The notes under the pieces were generated by a model that worked only from the letters and a program-made list of their open reading frames with translations, searched no databases and was not told where the DNA came from. DNA of 63,208 nucleotides, counting the filler, from Actinomycetales bacterium (GTDB lineage: Bacteria; Actinomycetota; Actinomycetes; Actinomycetales; CAVURS01): the NCBI GenBank assembly GCA_045807245.1. It is 4 parts of 4 records of this genome, joined end to end, with 100 filler letters (N's around TTAATTAATTAA, not from the genome) between each part and the next. Parts side by side here need not be neighbours in the genome. Positions count along the whole stretch, not along the records: positions 33,473 to 45,861 come from JBJMHS010000084.1; 3 more parts are not named here. One strand, written 5' to 3'. Shown one piece after another: positions 35,178-45,961 of this stretch (the first letter of the stretch is position 1; each line of letters starts with the position of its first letter). A program made the translations under genes and the position numbers.

Positions 35178-35324
35178 CTCCGAACCCCAGACTTTCGCCG
35201 AAATGATCGGCGGCCAGTCCGGAGCCGCGCCTGAAAGGTGCCGTCCGCAGGGGTTGGAGGGCGACGGGTAGCGTAGCGACTACGACACGATCTGCAAACC
35301 CCTTGCCCTTGAAGGGGATTCGGC

Positions 35325-36107
35325 TCAGCCGAAGAATGCCCGCAATTCGGGTGCTAACGCGGCCGGTGCGACATCATGCGTTTGGCCGGCGAGCTGACGA
35401 TGCTCGGCGGTCGGGATCGCCTCGGCTGTGTTCTTGGCGGCCTGCTGCAGGGCGTGCGGGCTGGCGCCACCGGACAGAACCAGGGTCGGGACGGTCGCTG
35501 CCGCGCCGAGGTCGCGCGGCACCCGGCCGTCGCCGAGCACCTCGTCGTCATAGGCCAGCGTCGGCGCGATCGACTCCAGGATCGGCCAGCCGGGTCCGCC
35601 GCCGCGCATTCCTTCGATGACGGGCGCCGGCACGCCGACGTTCGTCATGAACAACGCCACCGCGTCCCCCCTGCGGCCGGCGGCGAGCAGCGCGCGCAGC
35701 TGGGCGCCGTACGCCTCGACCCCCGGGCTCTCGTCGGTGTCGGAGAGGTACGGCGGCTCGTACAGCGCGAGCTTGGTGATGCCAGTGCCCGTTGCCGCAG
35801 TCCGCAGGGCCAGCGCGGCGCCGGACGAGATGCCGTAGACGTACGCCGTCCCGCCGGCCGCGTCGATGACGGCCTGCAGGTCCTCGATCTCGCGGTCCAC
35901 GGCGTACGGCGCGGTGTCACCGCTCTCGCCCCGACCGCGCCGGTCGTAGGTGTAGACCGTGTAGCGGTCCTGGAGCTCTGTGGCCAGCGGGCCGAGCGGG
36001 CCGGCGGCGCGGAAGCACATGGCTCCGTCGACCAGCACGACTGCCGGCCCGGAACCGTTGCTGTCGAAGGCGATCCGCGTCCCGTCATCCGAAGCTGTTG
36101 TAGGCAT
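35325..36107 (-). CDS. Alpha/beta fold hydrolase
   Basis: SDDGTRIAF, YDRRGRGESGD, nucleophile elbow GISSG, LYEPP, GQTH; GAGGAG SD. Confidence 0.92.
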   Translation of the reverse strand: MPTTASDDGTRIAFDSNGSGPAVVLVDGAMCFRAAGPLGPLATELQDRYTVYTYDRRGRGESGDTAPYAVDREIEDLQAVIDAAGGTAYVYGISSGAALALRTAATGTGITKLALYEPPYLSDTDESPGVEAYGAQLRALLAAGRRGDAVALFMTNVGVPAPVIEGMRGGGPGWPILESIAPTLAYDDEVLGDGRVPRDLGAAATVPTLVLSGGASPHALQQAAKNTAEAIPTAEHRQLAGQTHDVAPAALAPELRAFFG

Positions 36108-36116
36108 GGGGTCTCC

Positions 36117-36581
36117 TCAGTCGGCGGTCGGGGGTTCGGGCTGGGTCATGGCTCGCAGGTAGGCGTCGAACCGGTCGAGGCTGGTCTCGAAGCCAGCGCG
36201 GGCCTCTGGGGCCAGGTACCACGCCGGCACATTGGTCTGGTGGGTCACGACCTCGGTGCGGCCGTCGGGCAGGCGGTGGAACGTGATCGTCGTCCGCATG
36301 CCACCCTCGACCCCGGACTCCTCCCAGACCAGCCGGTCCGGGCGGGACACCTCGACGTAGACGGCGCGCATGGTGTACGTGCTGCCGTCGGCCTCGTTGA
36401 CCATGGTCGTCTCGAACGCACCCCCGGGGCGAAGGTCGACGACGATGTTCCCGGCCGGGGTCGTCGTGCCGAGAGGCCCCCAGAACTGGGCCAGGTGCTC
36501 AGGCGTCGTCATGCAGTCGAAGAGCAGCTCGGCCGACGCCGCGTGGACGCGCCGGTGGGTCAGCTCGCCGGGCTCGCTCAT
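36117..36581 (-). CDS. SRPBCC (Aha1-like) domain protein
   Basis: TPEHLAQFWGP, VDLRPGG, YVEVSRPDRLVW; ATGA overlap with arsR. Confidence 0.9.
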   Translation of the reverse strand: MSEPGELTHRRVHAASAELLFDCMTTPEHLAQFWGPLGTTTPAGNIVVDLRPGGAFETTMVNEADGSTYTMRAVYVEVSRPDRLVWEESGVEGGMRTTITFHRLPDGRTEVVTHQTNVPAWYLAPEARAGFETSLDRFDAYLRAMTQPEPPTAD

Positions 36582-36919
36582 GCGCCGGCTCCGCCGCGCA
36601 GGGTGGCCAGATGCGCCTCCAGCCGGTCGTGCCGTTCGGCCCAGATCTGGCGATGCCGCTCGATCCACTCCGCGGCCTCGTCCAGGCGCTCTCCGTCCAG
36701 CGCGCAGGGGCGGGACTGCGCCGCGCGGCCGCGCGAGATGAGGCGGGCGCGCTCGAGCACCTTGAGGTGCTTGGACACGGCCTGCTGGCTCATCGCGAAG
36801 GGCTCGGCGAGCTGGTTCACCGTGGCGGCGCCGTTGGACAGCTGCTCCAGGATGGCCCGCCGGGTGGGGTCGGCCAACGCGGAGAACACCAGGCTGAGTT
36901 CGTCCTCGACCACCGTCAT
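36578..36919 (-). CDS. ArsR/SmtB family transcriptional regulator
   Basis: FSALADPTRRAIL, SQQAVSKHLKVLERARLISRGR. Confidence 0.95.
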   Translation of the reverse strand: MTVVEDELSLVFSALADPTRRAILEQLSNGAATVNQLAEPFAMSQQAVSKHLKVLERARLISRGRAAQSRPCALDGERLDEAAEWIERHRQIWAERHDRLEAHLATLRGGAGA

Positions 36920-36950
36920 GAAGCAGAGGCTATCGACAACCGATCATTTG

Positions 36951-36968
36951 CACAACCATCTAGTTGTG
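36951..36968. promoter_or_regulatory. Putative ArsR autoregulatory operator
   Basis: Palindrome CACAAC-N6-GTTGTG 31 nt upstream of the arsR start; extra ACAACC half-site at 36936. Confidence 0.65.
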
Positions 36969-37007
36969 GAGCCCCAGCAGGCGGTGCGGCCGTAGACGAG
37001 GCGGCCG

Positions 37008-38552
37008 TCAGGCGGCGATGGCCCCCTCGGCCGGGATGTCCTCCCTCTTGGCGTTGACGAGGAACACGGCCACCAGCAATGCACAGGCGAACAGCCCCGC
37101 GCCCCAGACGAACGAGACGTGGTAGCCGTGGATGAGCGCCATCGGCGTGATCCTCTGCGCGTCAGCGGCGTTGGTCAGGTGGTCGGCGAAGTAGCTCGTC
37201 ACGGCTCCGGCGAACACGGTGTTGAGCAATGCCGTACCGAGCGAGCCCCCGACCATCTGGCTGGTGTTGAGGACCGCGCTGGCCACGCCCGCGTCGTGAT
37301 GGCTGATGCGGACGAGCGCGGTGCTCGACGCCGGGATGAACACCCCGGCCAGGCCGACGCTCATGATGATCTCGGACGGCAGCACGTGCGTGACGTAGGA
37401 GGAGTTCGCGTCGATCCGGGTCAGCCAGAGCATGCCCACCACGGCCATGACCAGGCCGGGCACCATGAGCGGCTTCGGCCCGAACCGCGGCAGCAGCTGG
37501 GCGATCGCACCCGCCGCGAGGATGATGCCGCCGCTGAACGGCAGGAACGCGAAGCCGGACCTCAACGGGCTGTAGCCCAGGTTGATCTGGAAGTAGTAGG
37601 TCAGGAACAGGAACATCGCGAACAGGCCGGCTCCGACGAACAGGAACGTGAGGTACGACCCGCCGCGGTTGCGGTCGAGCACGATGCGCAGCGGCAGCAG
37701 CGGGTTGCTCGCGCGCTGCTCCCAGACGACGAAGAAGACCAGCAGCACGGCGGCGATCACCAGGAACGTGACGGTCGACCCGTTGGTCCACCCCTGCACG
37801 GCAGTGTCGTTGGGGTTGCTGGGGTTCTTGGCCTTGGCGGCCTGAGTGAAGCCGTACACCAGCGACACCAGACCCAACGTCGCGGACAGCACGCCGGGGA
37901 TGTCGTAGCGCGTGTCACCGGGAGCCTTGCTCTCGTGCACCAGCGGGATCGCGGCCGCCGCGACGATCATGGCGACGGGCACGTTGACCCCGAGGCACCA
38001 GCGCCAGGAGGCGTACTCGGTCAGGACGCCGCCGACGATGAGGCCGATGGCCGCCCCGCCTCCGGCCAGGGCGCCGAACACGCCGAAGGCCTTGGCTCGC
38101 TCCTTCGGCTCCGTGAACGTCACCGTCACCAGCGACAGCGCCGCGGGCGCCATCAGCGCGGCGAAGGCGCCCTGCAGGGCGCGGGCCGCGAACAGCATCC
38201 CCTCGTTCGCGGCGAAGCCGCCGATCGCCGACGCCCCGGCGAACCCGATCAGGCCGACGAGGAACGTGCGCTTGCGTCCGGTGTAGTCCGCGATGCGCCC
38301 ACCCAGCAGCAGCAGCCCACCGAAGGCGAGCGTGTACGCCGTGACGACCCACTGCCGATCGGCGTTCGTGATGCCAAGGTCCTTCTGAGCGCTCGGCAGC
38401 GCGATGTTCACGATGCTGGCGTCGAGCACGATCATCAGCTGGGCCGCAGCCAGCACCGCGAGCGCCCACCAGCGACGCGGGTCGGTGGCCTGACTGTGGA
38501 CGAACGGCTCGTGCTCAACGGCTCGGGTCTCGTCGGCGGGGGGAACGGTCAC
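37008..38552 (-). CDS. MFS drug efflux transporter, DHA2 (EmrB/QacA-like)
   Basis: LDASIVNIALP, GGRIADYTGRKR motif A, ARALQG, SWRW, about 14 hydrophobic segments. Confidence 0.93.
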   Translation of the reverse strand: MTVPPADETRAVEHEPFVHSQATDPRRWWALAVLAAAQLMIVLDASIVNIALPSAQKDLGITNADRQWVVTAYTLAFGGLLLLGGRIADYTGRKRTFLVGLIGFAGASAIGGFAANEGMLFAARALQGAFAALMAPAALSLVTVTFTEPKERAKAFGVFGALAGGGAAIGLIVGGVLTEYASWRWCLGVNVPVAMIVAAAAIPLVHESKAPGDTRYDIPGVLSATLGLVSLVYGFTQAAKAKNPSNPNDTAVQGWTNGSTVTFLVIAAVLLVFFVVWEQRASNPLLPLRIVLDRNRGGSYLTFLFVGAGLFAMFLFLTYYFQINLGYSPLRSGFAFLPFSGGIILAAGAIAQLLPRFGPKPLMVPGLVMAVVGMLWLTRIDANSSYVTHVLPSEIIMSVGLAGVFIPASSTALVRISHHDAGVASAVLNTSQMVGGSLGTALLNTVFAGAVTSYFADHLTNAADAQRITPMALIHGYHVSFVWGAGLFACALLVAVFLVNAKREDIPAEGAIAA

Positions 38553-38763
38553 GGTGGCTCCGATACGACGGGTGGCCGGCCAGTGCCGGCCAACTGCGGT
38601 AACAACACAAGCGGTCAGTGCGGCGACACTTCAACTGATTAACCAATGTTTATCGTACGCAGCCCCTCCGACAGCCCCGGGTCCTAGACCGACGTATCTG
38701 GGGGGATGACACTGGCTCATCAACAACAGGGTGTCCCGTGGTCGGCCGAATGGGGCGAGCCAG

Positions 38764-41061
38764 ATGAACCGAATGCTCAAAGTCTTCGCCACTCCTGCTC
38801 AGCAGCAGGCCCTCGAGCAGCGGTATCAGGTCGTCGCCCGCTACGAGGCGTTCGCCGTACTGGACGTCACCGCAGCCCAGGCCCGGACCATCCGGCGTAC
38901 GCATCTGGTCGAGGACATCACCGACCAGTACGCGATCCCGCTCGGTGGTCAGGTCAACGCCACCCTGGACACGGCTCAACCGCGGGTGCGAGCCAGTGGC
39001 CGGCTGGCCGCCCATCCCGGCTACGACCGAGCCAAGCGGCTGACCGATGCTCCGCACCACTACCTCGTGCAGTTCGTCGGGCCGGTCAAGCCCGAGTGGC
39101 TCGCTGCGGTGAAGAAGGCGGGCGGCGAGGTCGTCGGCAACCAGTCCGGCTTCACGGTGGTCGCCCGGGCGACGCCGCAGCAGGCGGCAGGCATCGCCGC
39201 GCTGACCGAGGTGCGGTGGGTCGGGCATCTGCCACCCGCGGCGCGGGTCGATGTGGCTAGGGCGGGCGCTCCGGTGCCGCCGCGCACGAAGTTCCTGCCG
39301 GAGACGCTCACGGTCGAGTTCTTCACTGCGCGCGAGGCCCGCCGCGCGCGCGCCGAGGTGCGGGCCCTGGGTCTTCGGATCGTGTCGGACAGCGCCGCGG
39401 CGGGTGTCCTCGTTGTCCAACAGCCGGAGCAGACGGAGGCCGCGCATCGGCGCCAGCTCGACGCCCTGGCCCAGGTGCACGGCGTACGGATGGTTCGCCG
39501 CCGCGCAGTCAACCGGATCAGCAACGACGTCGCCGTCGGCGTGGTCAAGGGCGACCCGGCGTCATTGTCCGGCGTGCCGACCCTGGACGGCTCCGGCGAG
39601 ACCGTGGGCATCTGCGACACCGGGCTCGACGTCGGTACGACGTCGCCAGCCCATCCCGACTTCGCCGGTCGGGTCAAGTCCGTGACCAGCTACCCGATCA
39701 CGCCGGACTTCGCGGCGTACATCAACAACCCCGGTGGCGACGACGGGGCCGCCGACCTGGACTCGGGCCACGGCACGCACGTCGCCGGCTCGGCGGTCGG
39801 GGACGGTACGGCGAGCACGACGTTGACGGGGCAGGCGCCGATCCGCAGCATGGCCCACAAGGCTCGACTGGTCTTCCAGGCCGTCGAGCAGGCGCTGGAC
39901 TGGAAGAGCCCGGCGAACCTGCAGCACTACGGCCGCTATCTCTTGGCCGGCATCCCGGCCGACCTGGCGACCGTGTTCGGCACGGCGTACTCCAAGGGCG
40001 TGCGCATCCATTCGAACTCCTGGGGCGGTGGCGACGCAGGGGCGTACGACAGCCAGTGCCAGCAGCTGGACCAGTTCGTCTGGGAGCACCAGACGATGTG
40101 CATCGTCGTGGCGGCCGGCAACGACGGGTCGGACGCGGACGGCGACGGCAGGATCAACCTCGGATCGGTGACGCCGCCCGGCACCGCGAAGAACTGCATC
40201 ACCGTCGGCGCCTGCGAGAACCTCCGGCCGAACTTCGACACCGAGACGTACGGCGCCTGGTGGCCCTCGGACTACCCGGTTGCGCCGTTCCACAACGCCC
40301 CCATGGCCGACCAGCCGGATCAGGTCGTCGCCTTCTCCAGCCGTGGCCCGACAGCGGACGGGCGGATGAAGCCTGACGTCGTCGCGCCCGGCACCTGGAT
40401 CCTCTCGACCAAGTCGACGATGCTGAGCTCCACCGCGACCGGCTGGCGGCCGTTCCCTGGGTCGTCGAAGTACTTCTTCATGGGTGGGACCAGCATGGCG
40501 ACGCCCCTCACCTCCGGCGCCGTCGCCGCATTGCGCCAGCACCTCAAGCGCGACCGCGGCGTCCGGAGCCCGTCGGCCGCGCTCCTGAAGGCCACCCTGA
40601 TCGCGGGTGCCGACCGGCTCCCGGGCGTCGCGCCGGCCGGTGCGGTCGTCGACCCGAACCAGGGCTGTGGGCGGATCGACCTCGCGGCGATCGCGAAGCC
40701 GAAGGCCGGAGTGAATTTCCTTCTGCAGCAAAGCCGCCAGCTCCGGACCGGCCAGAGCCGACGCTCCACGGTCACCGTCAACAGCTCGACGGAGCCGCTG
40801 CGCGTAGTGCTGGCCTACAGCGACTATCCGGGACCGCACCTGGTGAACAACCTGAACCTGGTCGTCACCGCACCGGACGGCACGACGTACGTCGGGAACC
40901 AGCCGGCCGGCGGCGCGCCGTCGTTCGACACGACCAACAACGTCGAGGTCGTCCACATCTCGCAGCCGGCGACTGGCGAATGGACGCTCGACGTCATCGG
41001 GTCGAACGTGGCGCAAGGTCCGCAGCGCTACGCGCTCGTGGTCCGCGGCAAGGTCGACTGA
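38764..41061 (+). CDS. S8 subtilisin-like serine protease (KP-43-like) with C-terminal beta domain
   Basis: CDTG (Asp), GHGTHVAG (His), HSNSWG, AAGND, PGTAKNCITVGA, FSSRGPT.DGR.KPD, GTSMATP (Ser), VNNLNL..NNVE; start uncertain (38731 or 38764). Confidence 0.93.
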   Translation: MNRMLKVFATPAQQQALEQRYQVVARYEAFAVLDVTAAQARTIRRTHLVEDITDQYAIPLGGQVNATLDTAQPRVRASGRLAAHPGYDRAKRLTDAPHHYLVQFVGPVKPEWLAAVKKAGGEVVGNQSGFTVVARATPQQAAGIAALTEVRWVGHLPPAARVDVARAGAPVPPRTKFLPETLTVEFFTAREARRARAEVRALGLRIVSDSAAAGVLVVQQPEQTEAAHRRQLDALAQVHGVRMVRRRAVNRISNDVAVGVVKGDPASLSGVPTLDGSGETVGICDTGLDVGTTSPAHPDFAGRVKSVTSYPITPDFAAYINNPGGDDGAADLDSGHGTHVAGSAVGDGTASTTLTGQAPIRSMAHKARLVFQAVEQALDWKSPANLQHYGRYLLAGIPADLATVFGTAYSKGVRIHSNSWGGGDAGAYDSQCQQLDQFVWEHQTMCIVVAAGNDGSDADGDGRINLGSVTPPGTAKNCITVGACENLRPNFDTETYGAWWPSDYPVAPFHNAPMADQPDQVVAFSSRGPTADGRMKPDVVAPGTWILSTKSTMLSSTATGWRPFPGSSKYFFMGGTSMATPLTSGAVAALRQHLKRDRGVRSPSAALLKATLIAGADRLPGVAPAGAVVDPNQGCGRIDLAAIAKPKAGVNFLLQQSRQLRTGQSRRSTVTVNSSTEPLRVVLAYSDYPGPHLVNNLNLVVTAPDGTTYVGNQPAGGAPSFDTTNNVEVVHISQPATGEWTLDVIGSNVAQGPQRYALVVRGKVD

Positions 41062-41103
41062 TCCGCTCACCGCGGCCGGTCGTCAGCCGCGATGTCGGGC
41101 TGC

Positions 41104-42254
<1,151 letters not shown>

Positions 42255-42258
<4 letters not shown>

Positions 42259-43187
42259 GACGTCACCACTCCTGTCGTCACCAGCCGCATGGCCAGCAGG
42301 GCGGCGCCGCGGATGCCGGCGTCACGGCCGAGAGTCGAGATCGAGACGGGCGGGGCGGGCCGCCACGGCAGCTGCGCGGCCAGTGCGGCCGTCACCGGCC
42401 CGGACAGCCGTTCGCCGGCGCCGGCCAGGCCGCCACCGAGGACGATCCGCGCGGGATCCAGGAGCAGTGTCGCGGCGGCCAGCGCGACCGCGAGCCCGTC
42501 CACGGCCTCGGCCCAGATGTGCTCCGCCAGTGGCTCGATGCCCTGTCGCGCAACGACATCCGCGGCAGTGACATCAGCGGCAGTCGCTTCAGCTGCCGCC
42601 CCACCCGCGGCGGCGTAGCGGCGAGCCACACCTGAGCCGGACGCGTAGACCTCCAGGCATCCGGTGCGGCCGCAGGGGCAGGGCTCGCCGTCCGAGCGGA
42701 CCATGACATGCCCGATCTCGCCGGCCAGACCGGTGGCGCCCCGCAGGACCGTGCCGTCGAGGATGTACGCCGACCCGATCCCGGTGCCCAGCCCGACGAA
42801 CAGCAGGTCGGTGCCCGTCAGGTCGTGCTCGGCCAGCGCGGCGGCAGTGACGTCGTGCTCCACGATGACCGGGACGCCCAGCTCGCTCTCGAGCTGGGAG
42901 CGAAGCGGTACGTCGCGCCAGGCCAGGTTCGCCGACCACCGGACGACCCCGGCGGCCGGGTCGACGACGCCCGGCAGCACGGCGGCGGCTGCCGTGGTGT
43001 GGTCGTCGCAGAGCCGGCGGCCCAGCGCGGCAACTGCGGCCGCGATCTCAGCGCCTTCCGCGGGCGTCGGCAGTGCTGCGCGCTCGATCAGGCGCCCGTC
43101 CGGCGCGAACCGGCCGGCCTTGATCGTCGTCCCGCCGACGTCGATGCCGACGACGTTGCCTGCGAAGGCGCCCGCGGGTGTGTCCAT
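42255..43187 (-). CDS. ROK family sugar kinase (probable GlcNAc kinase)
   Basis: GIDVGGTTIK, EHDV, GTGIG, GEIGH, CPCGRTGCLE; no HTH; TGATG coupling; adjacent to nagA. Confidence 0.9.
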
Positions 43188-44131
43188 CAGCCCTTCACCG
43201 CCCCGGCGGTGAGGCCGGCCGAGATGCGGCTCTGGAAGATCACGAACAGGACGACGACGGGCAGCGCGGTCAACGTTGCCGCTGCCATCAGACCGCCGTA
43301 GTCCGCGCCGTGGGTCGGGCTGGACTGGAAGACGAGGAGGTAGACCATGGCCGTCTGCTTGCTGTTGTCCAACAGCAGCGTGTTGGCGAGGACGAACTCG
43401 TTCCACGCCAGGATCCAGCCGTACACCCCAGTCGCCACCAGGCCCGGCCCGACGAGCGGCAGGATGATCTTGTAGAAGGTCTGCCAGCGGCTGCAGCCGT
43501 CGACCATCGCGGCCTCGTCGAGCTCGCGGGGGATGCCGGCGATGAACGTGCGCAGGGTCCAGACGGTGTACGGCATGGAGAACATCAGGTAGGCGATCAC
43601 GACTCCGATGAGGCTGTTCTTGAGCTGGAACCGGTCCAGCAGCAACGACATCGGGATGGTCAAGGCCAGCAGCGGGATCATCTGCACGATGAGGACGGCG
43701 AAGATGAACACCTTGCGCCCGGCGAAGCGGAACCGTGCGATGGCCAGCGCACCGAAGAACCCGACGACCAGACTGATGGCGACGGCGGCCAGGGTGATGA
43801 CCAGGCTGTTGCGCAGGTCGTCACGGAAGATCGCGTCGCTCACTACCTCGCGGAACGCACGCAGCGACGGGTGCTTCGGCCAGAACTGCGGCACCAGCTG
43901 GTTGATGTCCTCGCTCGTCTTGAACGAGGTGGCCAGCATCCAGTAGATCGGGGCACCGAGCAGCGCGGAGAGCGCCACGGCGACGGCGTTCCAGCCCCAC
44001 GTCGCATGGGTACGGCGGCGGCGTCGCCGTACCGGCACCGGCGGCACCGGCGGCACGGGCGGCACGGGCTGCACCGCTGAGCCGGGACTCACCGGGCTCA
44101 CCGCGGCGGGAGTGTCGGCGGCCGCGGTCAT
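43187..44131 (-). CDS. Carbohydrate ABC transporter permease (DasC/MalG-like)
   Basis: EAA loop IPRELDEAAMVDGCS, AWNEF, YGGLMAAA, GLTAGAVKG. Confidence 0.93.
   Translation of the reverse strand: MTAAADTPAAVSPVSPGSAVQPVPPVPPVPPVPVRRRRRRTHATWGWNAVAVALSALLGAPIYWMLATSFKTSEDINQLVPQFWPKHPSLRAFREVVSDAIFRDDLRNSLVITLAAVAISLVVGFFGALAIARFRFAGRKVFIFAVLIVQMIPLLALTIPMSLLLDRFQLKNSLIGVVIAYLMFSMPYTVWTLRTFIAGIPRELDEAAMVDGCSRWQTFYKIILPLVGPGLVATGVYGWILAWNEFVLANTLLLDNSKQTAMVYLLVFQSSPTHGADYGGLMAAATLTALPVVVLFVIFQSRISAGLTAGAVKG
44034..44069. repeat. 9-bp tandem repeat x4 encoding (PPV)n in the permease N-terminus
   Basis: GGCACCGGC x2 + GGCACGGGC x2. Confidence 0.85.
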
Positions 44132-45087
44132 TCGGCGTCGCCGATCCGGAACAGCTGGCGGACGTAGAACACCATGACCCCGAGCAGGCCCAGCATCATG
44201 AGCACGCCGATCGTCGCGCCCAGGTTGTAGCGGCTGCTGCCGATCCCGTTGGCGTACATGTAGATCCCCAGTGTCTGGTACCCGGGCTCGGGGTGCCCGT
44301 TGCGCATGAACCAGATCTGGTTGAACACCCCGAAGTCCCAGATGATCGACAGCGTCGTCAGGATCACAAGCAGGGGAGTGAGGAAGGGCAGCGTGACGTT
44401 GCGGAAGGTCTGCCAGGAGCCGGCGCCGTCGACGTAGGCCGCCTCCACGACGTCACGGGGGATCTGGGTGATGCCGGCGTACAGCGAGATCGCCAGCAGC
44501 GGCAGGGCGCCCCAGACGACCACCAGCGTCACGACGGCCAGGCCCTGGTGCGGGTCGGCAAACCAGTCGTGGCCCTGCATGTCGACACCGGGCAGCTGGT
44601 CGAGCAGGTAGTTGACCGCGCCGTACTGGTTGCTGAAGAGCCAGTAGAAGACCTGGGTCGACACGGTGGTCGGGACCGCCCACACGAACAACAGCACAGC
44701 AGTGAGCACGATCCGCGCCCATCGCGACACCCGTTGCAGGAGTAGCGCGATCCCGATCCCGAGCAGCACGCTCAGGCCCACGTTGACGACCGTGAAGACG
44801 AGCGTCCGCAGCGCCACCGTCCAGAACGTCGAGTCGGTCAGCACCCGCTGGAAGTTCTCCAGGCCCACGAACGGCGTGCTGCCCCCGCTGTGGAACAGCG
44901 CCCGCTTGCCCGACTCCTGCTCCTGCAGGGACAGCTGCACGATCTTGACGAGCGGCCACCCGGCCACCGCGACCAGGACGAAGACCGCCGGGAGGATGAG
45001 CAGGTAGGGCAACCGCGCTCGGCGGGCGGCCACGAGCGCCGTGCGGACCGAGGTCCTGCGTCGGGGCGGTGTCTCGAGCGTCGTCAT
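44128..45087 (-). CDS. Carbohydrate ABC transporter permease (DasB/MalF-like)
   Basis: FVGLENF, IPRDVVEAAYVDGAG, IIWDFGVFNQIW; GAGAGGAGG SD. Confidence 0.93.
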   Translation of the reverse strand: MTTLETPPRRRTSVRTALVAARRARLPYLLILPAVFVLVAVAGWPLVKIVQLSLQEQESGKRALFHSGGSTPFVGLENFQRVLTDSTFWTVALRTLVFTVVNVGLSVLLGIGIALLLQRVSRWARIVLTAVLLFVWAVPTTVSTQVFYWLFSNQYGAVNYLLDQLPGVDMQGHDWFADPHQGLAVVTLVVVWGALPLLAISLYAGITQIPRDVVEAAYVDGAGSWQTFRNVTLPFLTPLLVILTTLSIIWDFGVFNQIWFMRNGHPEPGYQTLGIYMYANGIGSSRYNLGATIGVLMMLGLLGVMVFYVRQLFRIGDAE

Positions 45088-45181
45088 CGGTCCTCCTCTC
45101 GTCGCCGTGTCTCGTCTGCCGTCAACTCTGGCCGGCCCGCGACCGGACGGTTCTGAGGAGATGGTCTCGCTGACAGGCGAA

Positions 45182-45210
45182 CCGGCGTCGGATCTCGCGT
45201 CCGGCGCCGG
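45182..45210 (-). terminator. Hairpin between binding-protein and permease genes (mRNA stabiliser/attenuator)
   Basis: 11-bp stem with one mismatch, 20 nt after the SBP stop. Confidence 0.5.
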
Positions 45211-45230
45211 CTCGGCCCTGTCCCGGAGCG

Positions 45231-45861
45231 TCAGCCGCTGGCGTTCAGCGTGCTGGCGATCTGCTTGTCCGCGGCCGATGCCGCGTCAGCGGTGCTGCCC
45301 TTGCCGGTCGCGATCGACTCGAGCGCGTTCTGCAGGATGTTGTTGGCCTCGACGTTGGCCCAGTTCGGCGTGTTCGGCACGAACCAGGTGTTCTTGGCTG
45401 CCTCGCCAGTGGACTGGTTCGCCTGCGCCTGGCCCTCGTACACCGTGAGCAGCGACGTCGTGTTCGGGATCGCGAACTTCGCCAGGGCCGTCTGGCTGGC
45501 CGTGTCGGTGAAGATCTTGATCCACTCGGCGCCCAGGGCTCCGTTGGGGGCCTTCTCAGGGACGGCCAGGTCCGAACCGCCCAGGAAGGACGGCGTGTAC
45601 TGGCCGGCCGCCGTACCCGGCAGCGGGAAGGTCGAGAGCTTCGGTGCGAGCTTCGGGTTGCCGGACTTCGGGTCAGTGACCGCGCCGACCTCCCAGCCGT
45701 TGCCGAGGATCGCCGAGACGTGGCCCTGCGACATGATCGCGTCCTGGTCGGACTCGTCCTTCGTGGCGCCGCCCTTCGAGTACGTCGTGAGCTTCTGCCA
45801 CGCGGCCAGACCCTGCTGGGACTGCGGGCTGGACAGCTGCCCGGCCCAGGTGCCACCCGAG
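45231..45861 (-). CDS. Sugar ABC substrate-binding protein (DasA-like; 5'-truncated by gap)
   Basis: GNGWE, FPLPG, FLGGSDLAV, PNTPNWANVE; precedes two permeases, a ROK kinase and nagA. Confidence 0.88.
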
Positions 45862-45961
45862 NNNNNNNNNNNNNNNNNNNNNNNNNNNNNNNNNNNNNNN
45901 NNNNNTTAATTAATTAANNNNNNNNNNNNNNNNNNNNNNNNNNNNNNNNNNNNNNNNNNNN
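45862..45961. other. Artificial contig spacer
   Basis: N44-TTAATTAATTAA-N44. Confidence 0.98.

Noticed and set aside
35206..35234. Sigma28 promoter for the CAP gene (TCAG...GCCGAT)
   Set aside because: Spacer is 19 nt versus 15-16 at the flagellar promoters
35180..35330. c-di-AMP or c-di-GMP riboswitch upstream of the CAP gene (GCCGAATCC..AAGGG resemblance)
   Set aside because: Only the first few bases resemble the ydaO motif and the downstream conserved blocks are not visible; an Rfam/Infernal search would be decisive
38630..38660. AT-rich imperfect palindrome upstream of the MFS gene as a TetR operator
   Set aside because: Only about 10/13 symmetric and no adjacent regulator; may simply be promoter sequence
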